DNA of 64,000 nucleotides from Candidatus Altimarinus sp. (GTDB lineage Bacteria; Patescibacteriota; Gracilibacteria; BD1-5; UBA6164). Positions 12,618-22,939 of this stretch are shown here, piece by piece (position 1 is the first letter of the stretch; every line of letters starts with the position of its first letter). The stretch is from NCBI GenBank assembly GCA_020724225.1, contig DYHI01000003.1, positions 1,103 to 65,102 on the forward strand, read 5' to 3'. The notes beneath the pieces are model-generated. The model saw nothing but the letters and a program-made list of their open reading frames with translations. It was not told the origin of the DNA and did no database searches. The translations under genes were made by a program, and so were the position numbers.

Positions 12618-14366
12618 ATGAAAAAAACAATTAAAAAAATATTTAAAAATTTCAAAGAAACTATTTGAGCAAAGATGTATTATAGCATCTTTGCTTTTTG
12701 ACTATTTGCATCACTGGTATCACTATCAGAACCATTTGTTTTCGCTAAACTATTAAACTATCTTGAATGAGTTTTGAGATGAAACACTTTTTCATTTAGT
12801 GAATTATCGTTTTTTATATTTTTTTGGGTATGATTAATTATATTTACACTAATTACTTCTTATATTTACAGATACTATTTTGTTGATTTAAGTGTATTAA
12901 ATTTTTACATGCACTTAAGAAAAAAGTATTCAAATATACTTTTAAATATGACATATAACAATTACTTAAATAAAAAGCAATGAGAAATATATAGAAAATA
13001 TGAAAAGTGAACATGAGATCAATTTATGATTTTATTTTTTATACTTCAAGAAATAGTAAAAACTCTATCTTGAATTATCATAATTATAATTCTTCTTTTT
13101 ATACTTAATTGGCAAATGGCACTAGCTACAGTTTCTATGCTACCGATTATGTTATTTATGTGATTTTACTTCAATACAAAGACAATAGAATTACAAAAAG
13201 AAAATAATGACAAAGAAAATGAGTTGATGTGATATCTTTGAGACAATATATCAAATTTAGCATTAGTTAAGATATTGAATCTAGAAAATAATCTAAAAAA
13301 GTTCTTTTATACAAATTATGATAAATTGTTTAACACTCAATACAGCATATCAAAAAGATGGTCGATAGCTGATGTATATATATGAGTACTCGTTATGGCA
13401 GCTAGACTTATTACTCTACTTTTATGAGCTTACATGGTAAGTGAATGAACACTCACTCTTTGATATTTATTTTTATACTTTTCATTTATAGGTTGGGTAT
13501 ATTTCCCACTTTGAGGTATGTTTTGAAGACTTAGAGATTTACAAAAACAGATTGTTTCTATACAAGCATTTTATGATGATTTTGATAACCTAGAACTTGA
13601 GGAAGAAGAAATTTGAAAAGAAAAACTTGAAAAAGTTGCATGAGATATAGAGTTTAAAAATGTATGTTTTTCATATAATAAAGATAGAAAAATATTAAAA
13701 GACATAAATTTAAAAATAAAAAATGGTGAAAAAATTGCATTTGTATGAGATACATGAGCGGGGAAGAGTACAATCGTAAATCTACTTTTTAGATTTTGGG
13801 ATATTGCTGATTGAGAAATACTTATTGATTGAAAAAATATAAAAGACCTAAGTAAAAAATTTATAAGAAATCATATTTGAATTGTTATGCAAGACAACAC
13901 ACTTTTCAATACTTCAATCAAAGAAAACTTAAAAATCGCAAAAGATAAAGCTAAAAAGGAAGATATAATAGATGCTTTGAAAAAAGCAAAAGCAGATTTT
14001 GTGCTAGATTTAAAAGACTGAATTGATACAATCATATGAGAAAGATGACTAAAACTAAGTTGATGAGAAAAACAAAGACTTTCTATAGCTAGACTATTCT
14101 TGAAAGATCCTGAAATACTTATACTCGATGAAGCAACTTCAGCACTAGATAACAAAACAGAAAAAGAAATTCAAAAATCACTGGATAATTTGATGAAATG
14201 AAGAACAACTATAATCATAGCACATAGACTTACAACAATAAAAAAAGTCGATAGAATATATGTTATTGAAAATGGTAAAATAGTTGAAACTTGAACTTAT
14301 GATGAACTTATAAATGCTTGAGGAAAATTTTATAACCTTGCAAATCCTGATAAATTAATTGTTTAA
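12618..14366 (+). CDS. ABC transporter, fused permease/ATP-binding protein (MsbA-like exporter)
   Basis: 6-TM N-domain. Walker A GDTGAGKST, signature LSGGEKQR (GG are TGA TGA), Walker [13 protein letters not shown]. 582 aa. Confidence 0.88.
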
Positions 14367-14375
14367 AAATTTTCT

Positions 14376-15077
14376 ATGCACATTTGAATTATAATGGACT
14401 GAAATCGTAGATGGGCGAAAAAAAGATTACTACCAACTTTAGCATGACACAAAGCCTGATTCGATAATGCTATGGATATAGTAGAAAAAGCAAATGATAA
14501 ATGAATAAAATATTTGACTCTGTGGGCATTAAGTAAAGAAAATCTTGTAAAAAGAGAAAAAGAAGAATTATCTTGAATAATAAAGCTCATAGATAAATTA
14601 AATGATTTAATACCTAGATTTCAAAAAAATAATCTTAATTTTCAAACAATTTGAGATATAGAAAAACTACCTTTAGAATCTCAAAAAATTTTGGAAAAAG
14701 TAAAAAATGAGACTAAGAATAATACATGATTAACACTTATAGTTGCACTTGTTTATTCATGAGAAGACGAAATTATAAGAGCTGTTAAAAAATTTATCAA
14801 CTCTATTCCCCCTTGAGAAAGGGGGCTAGGGGGTTTTAATTCTTTAGAAAACTTAAATGAAGAATGATTTAGACAATACCTTGATACTGCTAATTTTCCA
14901 AAACCTGATTTGATTATAAGAACAGGTTGAGATATAAGACACTCTTGATTTTTACTATATGACTCAGATTATAGTGAGTACTATTTTTCAGAAAAGCTTT
15001 GGCCAGATTTCGATGAAAATGAGCTTGATAAAGCACTAAATTTTTTAAATAAATCTAAAAGAAATTTTGGAAAATAA
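14376..15077 (+). CDS. uppS: Undecaprenyl-diphosphate synthase (cis-prenyltransferase)
   Basis: MHIGIIMDGNRRWAKKR and IRTGGDIRHSGFLLY motifs. 233 aa. Confidence 0.9.
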
Positions 15078-15099
15078 AATTTAATAACAATATATTATT

Positions 15100-16203
15100 A
15101 TGCTTCCTACTTGGTACACAAATTATAAAAAATTTATAGATAATTCAATAAAATTGTTTTTAGATGAATATCTAAATCCTGCTATCATTCCTGCGAAGGC
15201 AGGAATCTATAAAAAAAAGGATTATGACAAATTAATAGATCCCCAGATCAAGTCTGAGGATGACAATATTTATTCAGAATGACAAATAATTTGTTTTTCT
15301 AAACCTCTAAACGATTTCAAAGAAATAATTTATTATGCTACTAATTCATGAAAAAGAGTTAGAGCTATTTTAGCATTGGAGGTTTATCTAAATTTAACAA
15401 ATCAAAAACTTGAAGATATAAAACAAGATAATGATATAGTAAAAGTATGTGTTGCTTTAGAATTTATACATGCATACTCACTACTTCATGATGATTTACC
15501 ATGTATGGACAATGATGAATATAGAAGAGGACAATTAACAGTTTGGAAAAAGTATGGTGAAACAAATGCTGTTTTATGTGGAGATTTATTAAATACACTT
15601 TCTTTTGAAATACTTTCTACAATTAAAGATAATGAAAAATCAAAAAAAATTATTAATTTAATTTCTAGAGCTACTTCGATTTATGGAATGATTTGATGAC
15701 AAATTGAAGATATTTATTTTGAGCATAATATAAATGAATTAGATTTATCATTGATTGAAAGCCTACACAATAAAAAAACATGAAAACTTATTGAAGCTTC
15801 AGTTTTAGCTTGAATGATACTTGCAAAAGATTATGGCATTCCTGCATCGGTGTGAATCTATAAAAAGGATTATGACAATTTAATAGATCCCCGTATCAAG
15901 TACGAGGATGACAAAATAGGGATAAGTCAGGAATGACAAATGTATCTAAATCTATCTAGTTTCTGACAAAATATATGACTAGCTTTTCAAGTAAAAGATG
16001 ATATACTTGATGTAGAATGAACTTTTGAAGAAACAGGGAAGAGTGTATGATGAGAGAAAAAATGATTTGTTCACTTTATATGACTTGAAAAATCAAAAGA
16101 TTATTTAGAAAAACTATCAATTGAAGCATTAAAAAATATATCAGATCTAAAATCAGAAAAACTAGATTTTTTAGTTGAATATATAAAAAACAGAAATTCA
16201 TAA
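15100..16203 (+). CDS. Polyprenyl (farnesyl/geranylgeranyl) diphosphate synthase carrying two in-frame repeat-element insertions
   Basis: Asp-rich motifs LLHDDLPCMDNDEYRRG and FQVKDDILD. 367 aa, ~70 aa longer than the core fold because of the inserts at 15185-15285 and 15836-15939. Confidence 0.85.
15185..15285 (+). repeat. Palindromic modular element, full copy, in frame in the polyprenyl synthase
   Basis: atcattcctgcgaaggcaggaatctat ... atagatccccagatcaagtctgaggatgac ... cagaatgacaa. Encodes IIPAKAGIYKKKDYDKLIDPQIKSEDDNIYSEGQ. Confidence 0.9.
15836..15939 (+). repeat. Palindromic modular element, second in-frame copy in the same gene
   Basis: gcattcctgcatcggtgtgaatctat ... atagatccccgtatcaagtacgaggatgac ... 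gtcaggaatgacaa. Encodes GIPASVGIYKKDYDNLIDPRIKYEDDKIGISQEGQ. Confidence 0.9.
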
Positions 16204-16223
16204 AATATGAATTTCTGTTTTTT
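16190..16223. terminator. Hairpin terminator between convergent genes
   Basis: acagaaattcata-aaa-tatgaatttctgt followed by a T run. It lies between the polyprenyl synthase stop (16203) and the OLD nuclease stop (16227). Confidence 0.8.
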
Positions 16224-16226
16224 ATA

Positions 16227-18014
16227 CTATTTGAAACGAGATACAAATGCAGAATTGGTCTCTCAAATTCCTCTATTTTGTTCAACCTTGTAAAGTATTT
16301 TTTTCAAGATATCTATAAGTCATCTTTTAAATCAATTGTTTTGACAAAGCCAAATGCAAAGATTGAAAGCTATTGTTGGTTTACCATATCATCTCAAGTA
16401 AGTTTTAAATAATTTTTCATAACTTACTGAAATTTTTTTATTAAATTTCAAATTGTCTATTTTATATATCAAATGATTAATCTCTTTTTTAGTCAAATAA
16501 TCATTTTTATATCTTTCCTTCAATACTGTTGCTAAATATTCTTTTATCTTATCTCATTTATAATAATTTTCAAACTCTCAATCTAAAACAATCCAATTAT
16601 AATTAATATACATTTCTTCTCTAACATGAACTTTATGAACTTTTTTTATTGATCTTTCAATATTTCTTTTGTCATCAACAAAATTTGCATCTCTATCAAT
16701 TATGGCAAATACATTTTTCTTTCAAAGAAGTTCTGCACAAAATTCATACCAATCACAAAGTGCTCACTTTCATCATACATCTATGACTGAAATGTTTTTT
16801 AAATTAAGATTAAAAAAATCACTTACTTTATTTTTTCATAAATCTTTCTTGCAACTATTTAAATTACAATCTTTTAAATCATCCTCGTTCCATGGCCGAT
16901 ATTCATATATATTTGGGATTGATATTTTTTCGGTTTCTCATTCTACAAGTATTACAGCATCAGAAAAGAAAACATCAGTATTTTTAAACATCAAATTTAT
17001 CATTATTTTATCATAATCTCAATATTTATTTTCTATTTGTTTAACTTTTGTTAAAGAATTTAATTTATAAACAAATCTTATACTATCAATTTCAAATTTA
17101 TCTTTTTTGAAATTTGAAACAAGCTCATTTGAATGAGTACTATAGATTATTTGAGTATTTTCTATTTCAGAAATATCTTGTAACAATTTATCAACAAGTC
17201 TTATAGAATGTGGATGTAAAAAATTTTCTGGCTCTTCTATAATAAAAATTTTAAACTTACTATTTTTTTTAACTCATCAAATGGATTTTAGATAAAGATC
17301 AAATAAAGCCATCAAAACAAAATTTTTTGTTCATATATTTAAATCATCAAAATTTCTAAGTTCTCTATTTTTTTCTTCTTTTTTAATTATTTCATCTAAA
17401 TTTTTCATAATCTCATTATCCTCATTTTTTATAATTGAGAAATTTGTATTATTTAAATGACTTAGTGAAGTTGAAAATTTTGTGTTTTCATCTTTTGGTA
17501 AAAGAGTATTTACACTTTTTAATACATTTTCTAAATTTCTAAAAACATCTTGATTTTCAATACTTTCTATTTTATTATCAATAATCAAATCAAGTATTTT
17601 TACATACCAAGAATTATCTCTATTATAAGAATTTCTATCTCATGGGATGTATATAAAATTAACATTTTTTAAAAAGTCTAAGATTTCTTTTCTCTCATTT
17701 TTATCATAATTTTCTTCATATTTTACAATTACTTTTCAATCTAAAATTGATGCTATTATTTTTAAAGATAAATTTTTATTTAGATTTAATTCAATTATAT
17801 CTACCTCGAGTATTATATCTTTATTTTTATCGTTAAAATCTTCAAAACTTATATCTTTATGCTCTCATGAAAAAAACAAAGCAATTGCTTTTAAAATATT
17901 TGATTTTCAAGCATTATTTTTTCAAACAAAAACTGTCTTGTTTTTACTAAATTTAACAATTGAATAATCAATACTTTTATAATTTAGAATTCTGATTTCT
18001 TTTAGTTGATACAT
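16227..18014 (-). CDS. OLD-family ATP-dependent endonuclease (ABC-type ATPase + TOPRIM)
   Basis: Walker A VFVGKNNAGKSNILKAI, Walker B IFIIEEPENFLHPHS, TOPRIM VILVEGETEKISIP and AIIDRDAN. 595 aa. The frame matches track ORF 17331-17588. Confidence 0.85.
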
Positions 18015-18019
18015 ATTTC

Positions 18020-18054
18020 AATTACGAATTACAAATTAAAAATTACAAATAATT
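18020..18054. repeat. Five tandem heptamers (AATTACA-like) immediately 5' of the OLD nuclease ATG
   Basis: aattacg aattaca aattaaa aattaca aataatt. On the coding strand this reads TAATTTG x4-5 ending 5 nt before the ATG at 18014. Confidence 0.85.
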
Positions 18055-18073
18055 TAAATTCCTTTATTTTTCA

Positions 18074-18916
18074 TTATATATTTTTCATATAATTCCTATT
18101 TAGCTCTTCTTTTAATATCTCTTTTTGTTTTAATAATCATGTAAGATTATTTGAAATAGATACAATCAATTTTTTATCATCATAGGTAAAACTTTTATTT
18201 TTTCAAAAAATCATAAATCATAAATCTATATTTCAAATACTAAGTTTTTGTACAAAATTATATCAACTTAGAATTATATTATCAAGTTCATTCAAAGTTG
18301 TTAAACTTCATCTTTCTATTATTTTATCCTGTAGTTTTCAGTGTTCTCTTGTATCATATTTCAAAGTTAAATAATGTGTAACAACAGGATTTATTTCAAA
18401 AAATAAAACATACTCATATCAAGTAATCAGCTTTATCTTATCAATAATAGAAAATATATTTTTATCATTTATTTTTTCTATACCTATAATAGATTTTACA
18501 ATTTCATAATTTGCTGTTATTTGTTTATTTGATTTAAGTAATCTTTTATTTGTTGCATCAACTATAAATTTCAGTAAATCAAGTCACTCTTTTGGATATT
18601 TTTCTATAAACTTTTGTAATCAATCTTTTCAATTTATATATAAAAGTTTTACATCTTCCACTACTTTTACAAGTGCTTCTTTAGATATATCACTACTATT
18701 TAAACTAGCTTCTCAGAAAAAATCAAACTCTCAAAGTATAGCTAATTCTTTTGTTTCTTTCTTCTCAACTGTTGTATATTTTTCAATTGCTACTTTTCAT
18801 GATTCTATAATATATAGATTATCATCTAAATCTCATTCATCAAAAACCAAACTTCATGATTGAAGTTCTTTATATCAAAAGAAACCTGATGATTTATAAA
18901 ATTCTATATTTAACAT
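18074..18916 (-). CDS. Cyclic-nucleotide-binding domain protein with a C-terminal GAF-like/unknown domain
   Basis: N-terminal cNMP fold ...IIESGKVAIEKY...LGEFDFFGEASL... 280 aa, with no DNA-binding HTH evident. Confidence 0.65.
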
Positions 18917-18921
18917 TTTTT

Positions 18922-18956
18922 AGTATTAAGTATTAAGTAGTAAGTAGTAAGTAAAA
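18922..18956. repeat. Five tandem heptamers (AGTATTA/AGTAGTA) immediately 5' of the cNMP-protein ATG
   Basis: agtatta agtatta agtagta agtagta agtaaaa. The ATG is at 18916 on the minus strand. Confidence 0.9.
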
Positions 18957-18964
18957 TAATTATT

Positions 18965-19009
18965 AGCACTGGCTACAATAATTATTAATTATTCACTATT
19001 AACTATTCA
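18965..19009. repeat. Conserved ~45-nt intergenic block (copy 1) ending in TTATTAA/CTATTCA heptamers
   Basis: agcactggctacaataattattaattattcactattaactattca is ~80% identical to 60187-60231. Confidence 0.75.
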
Positions 19010-20101
19010 CTAAATTAACTCCATTGAATCTTTATCTCTTGCAAAGCTTTTTAATGTATCTTTACTTATTATAGATTTATTATACAAAGCTAGTAAGTAT
19101 TTATCCATCAAAACCATTCATTCTTTTTGTCAAACTTCTAGTACACTATAAAGTTGATGAGTTTTTCATGTAACAATCAAATTTCTAACCGCATCATTTG
19201 CTATCATAACTTCTCTTGCTGCAATTCTTCATTCTTTATCAATTCTTGGAAGCAGTCTTTGACTTACTATTCAAACTAAACTCATTGCAAGTTGCATTCT
19301 GATTTGCTCTTGTTGTCAAGCAGGGAATACATCAACTATTCTATCTATAGTTTGAACAGTATCATTTGTATGTAGTGTAGAAAATACCAAGTGACCTGTT
19401 TCAGCAAGTGTAATTGCTGCTTTTATAGTTTCTGGATCTCTCATTTCTCAAACCATTATTATATTTGGATCTTCTCTAAGTGCTGCTCTTATAGCATTTG
19501 CAAAGTTATGTGTAGAATTTCAAATTTCTCTTTGATTTACCAAACTTTTTTTAGAATTAAATGCAAATTCTATAGGATCTTCTATAGTTATGATATGTTT
19601 TTTATAATTTGTATTGATATAATCAATCATTGCTGCAAGATTTGTTGATTTTCAAGATCAAGTTGGTCAAGTAACTAGTACAAGTCATTTTGATTTTTGA
19701 CACATTATTTTAATATTTTCTCAAAGTCATAACTCTTCTAGGGTAGGTATAATAACAGGTATTTTTCTCATTGCTATACTAAATCAATTTGAATCAACAT
19801 AACAATTAACCCTAAATCTATCACTATCTCTGAATTTATATGATAAATCAAGTTCGAAAGTATCTTGAAATTTTGACAATCAAATTTCTCAAGCTATTAT
19901 CTTAATTATCTCAATAATATCTTCTTTTGATAAAACTGATGATTGAAATATATTTCAATCAATTTCTAAACTCTCAACATTTTCAAGTTCTCAATAGTGA
20001 TTTCTAATAAATGGCTTATGTAGTGAGTTTAAATGTAAATCTGAATAGTTATTTTTTATACTATCAATAACTAAAGCTTCAAAAATAGATTTGATTTCCA
20101 T
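19010..20101 (-). CDS. pilT: Type IV pilus retraction ATPase PilT
   Basis: Walker A GPTGSGKST (all three Gly are TGA), [17 protein letters not shown]. 363 aa. Confidence 0.9.
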
Positions 20102-20185
20102 AAATTTTATGTTTAAATAATTTAATATTTCAATATTATTATAACATATATATTTTAAAAAAGCCAAAAAATAAAGCTAGAAAAT

Positions 20186-21703
20186 CTAGCTTTTTGTTAA
20201 ACTTACAATAGTTTCTATATGACTTGTGTGAGGAAACATATCAACTGGGATAATTTTTTCTATTTTGTAATCACTATTTTGTAATATAAATGATAAATCA
20301 CGACTTAAAGTTGCAGGATTACAACTTACATAAATAATTTGTTTTGTTCAAAATTTAAGTATATTTGGAAGTGCATCAGGATGCATACCAGTTCTTGGTG
20401 GATCTATAATCAAAAGTTCTGCTTTTTCTCATTTTTTTATATAATCATCTAAAAAATCCTCGACTTTTGCATTTATAAACTCCATATTTTTTATACCATT
20501 TTTATTTGCATTCGCTTCACCATCTTTTGAAGCATCAGTTACTAGTTCAACACTTATTACTTTTTTACTATGAGGAGCAAAAACCATACCAATAGTTCAA
20601 GTTCAACCATATAAATCTAAAACAGTTCAAAGATTTCAGTCATTATTCACTATTCACTGTTCACTATTAACTAAATTTAATACCTCGTTATATAATTTTT
20701 CTGCACCATAACTATTTGTTTGAAAAAAGCTTTTTGGGCTTATATTAAAAGTCAATCAAAGTAATTTTTCTTCTATAAATTCATTTCCATAAATAAGTTC
20801 AAGTTCTCAAATACTAGTATCAGACCTATTATCATTTAAGCTTAAGTATATTGATTTTATTTCAGAGTATTTTAAAGCTAATTTATTTAAAAAAGCTTTT
20901 ATTTTTTCCATTATGTTATCCTTATGCTCGACACGGGGATCTATTAAATTATCATTACCTTTTTTATAGATTCCTGCCTCCGCAGGAATGACATCAAGGT
21001 ATTTATGATTAATAGAAAAAATAACCATAATTTGATTTGTAAAAAATGCTTGTCTGATAACTATATGTCTAAAAAATCATTTTTGATCAAATTGATCATA
21101 AACTGGTAATCATGAAGCTTTTGCAAAGTCTTTTATTTCTTTAAATATCTTATTAGCTACTTCTGAAATAAGTATAGTTCAATCAAAATCCTGTATTTTA
21201 CTAAATTCTCATTGTTTATGAAATCACAAATTGAAATGCTCATTTTTTCACTCTTTTGCACTTATGTATTTTCAGAAACTAAATTCTATCTTGTTTCTAT
21301 ATCAATCTATAATAGGTGAGGGAACTATAGGACTCACAACTAAATCATTTTGAAACTTTTTTAAGTGAAAAATAGATTCTTCTACTTGTCATGCTTTTAT
21401 CTTTAATTGTTCATCGTAAGGTATATTTGCCCGAGCAAGTCAAGCTTGCATACCAAAAGGATTATTTGGATGTTCTTTTTCTAATGGTGATTTTTTAACT
21501 AATTCTTGTGATTGTGCTTCTATGTAATCCTTTCTAGATTTCAGAATCCTTATATTTACTACACTTCCAGGAACAACTCAACCACTTATAAAAATTGCTT
21601 TTCAATCTATATCTTTATTATCTGATTTCAATCTAGCAAATCATTTTCATCAAAATACTAGTTTTTCAACTACTACATTTTTAATTATTTCGTTTTTTTT
21701 CAT
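20186..21703 (-). CDS. 23S rRNA (uracil-5-)-methyltransferase RlmD/RumA family, with in-frame repeat insertions
   Basis: TRAM-like N-terminus, FFQTN, LDLYGGTGTIG, IIDPPRTG, YVSCNP. 505 aa. The stop TAG lies in hairpin aaagctag-aaaat-ctagcttt (20174-20194). Confidence 0.85.
20644..20671. repeat. Four tandem heptamers (TATTCAC-like) inside the rlmD coding frame
   Basis: tattcac tattcac tgttcac tattaac. Encodes VNSEQGIVNN just upstream of the SAM-binding motif. Confidence 0.85.
20915..20992 (-). repeat. Palindromic modular element, in frame and in sense in rlmD
   Basis: Reverse complement reads gtcattcctgcggaggcaggaatctat...atagatccccgtgtcgagcataaggataac. Encodes VIPAEAGIYKKGNDNLIDPRVEHKDN. 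Confidence 0.9.
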
Positions 21704-21726
21704 TGTAATTTAATATTTTTAATTAA

Positions 21727-22815
21727 CTAAAATAAAGGCTCATCAATACTTTTTCTATCTTCATCTTCTTGAATAACTTTTTTCTTCAGTTCGTATACTA
21801 CTTTATCCAAATAATTTATTATATAAAGTTTTGTTAAATTATTTATACTATTTACATTTATTTCATATCATATTTTTTTTCAATTTTCATCAAACAAATA
21901 AACACTATTTAACTCATAAATATTTATTCTAGTATTTGTGAGTTTTTTAGATAAATTATCTAGAGTTTTTATCTGTTTTCAAATAGGTTTAAATCTGATT
22001 TGTTTATATATTTTTTCTCTTACTTTTTCAAGTTTCAAAACTAAATCTTTTGTATCTAGTCATTTTCTTTCAACTATAATTGCATCAAGTAAATCTCTTC
22101 CAGGTCAAACTATATATCTTGAGTTATATATCATTGAACTAGTTTTTCATGCATCTAAATTTATAGCATCATAACAACCAAATAATGCTAAATTATAAGG
22201 TAATTCATTCATCTCTATATCACTTACATATCAAAAATATAAATACCTCTTTTCTTTATCTGAACAAATAAAATTTCTCTGTATTTTAGCCTTCATTTTT
22301 GAATCTATCAAGTTTACTTCAAAGTAATACTCAATAACATTTTTTCAATCTTTAAGTAAAAGTGGAAAATTTCAAAGTCACTTAAATATTTGATTTTCTT
22401 TATCTGGATTTATCTTATTTGTTTGAAATAAAAATGGATTATTTGTTTTATCTAATGCAAAAACAACTCTATCTCAAGTATCATCATATCATGCAATTTT
22501 TTTTCATTCTACATACCTCTCATTTATAGTAAAATCAGTTCATTTACATTCTCTATAATCTGCAGGACAAAAATAAACTCAATTAACAGCTGATATTCAA
22601 TTATTTTTCTCCATTAATTCTCTAAGTGAAGTTGCTTTTCAATCAGGATTTATTCATATTTTAAACTCAAAATCTGGTGATTTCAAATCATATTTTATCA
22701 CTCTGAACTTATATCAATTTACAATTTTATCAATAAAATTGTTTGCTGAAACCTCATTAATAAAAAAGTAACAAATAAAAGATAAAAGAAAAAGAATTTT
22801 AAAAGTTTTTTTCAT
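21727..22815 (-). CDS. Secreted phosphodiester glycosidase-like protein (DUF2233/NAGPA family)
   Basis: Signal-like N-terminus MKKTFKILFLLSFICYFF. AINLDAGKTSSM core motif. 362 aa. Confidence 0.6.
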
Positions 22816-22837
22816 AATATATAATTTAAAAATATGT

Positions 22838-22928
22838 GTCATTCCTGTGAATACAAGAATCTACTTTGTATTATTATAATATAAGTTGGTTATATATTGT
22901 AGATTTCCGGATCAAGTCCGAAGATGAC
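22838..22928 (+). repeat. Palindromic modular element, degenerate intergenic copy
   Basis: gtcattcctgtgaatacaagaatctac ... gtagatttccggatcaagtccgaagatgac. Confidence 0.8.
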
Positions 22929-22939
22929 AAATAGATATA

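Noticed and set aside
16227-18014. Gabija (GajA/GajB), PARIS or retron-associated OLD system.
   Set aside because: No UvrD-like helicase, AriB/DUF4435 partner, reverse transcriptase or msr/msd-like structure lies adjacent. The gene looks like a class-1-type stand-alone OLD.
18922-18956. Heptamer arrays (also 11377, 18020, 38615, 54100, 60141) as CRISPR arrays.
   Set aside because: The units are 7 nt with no spacers and total about 35 nt. No cas genes are present.
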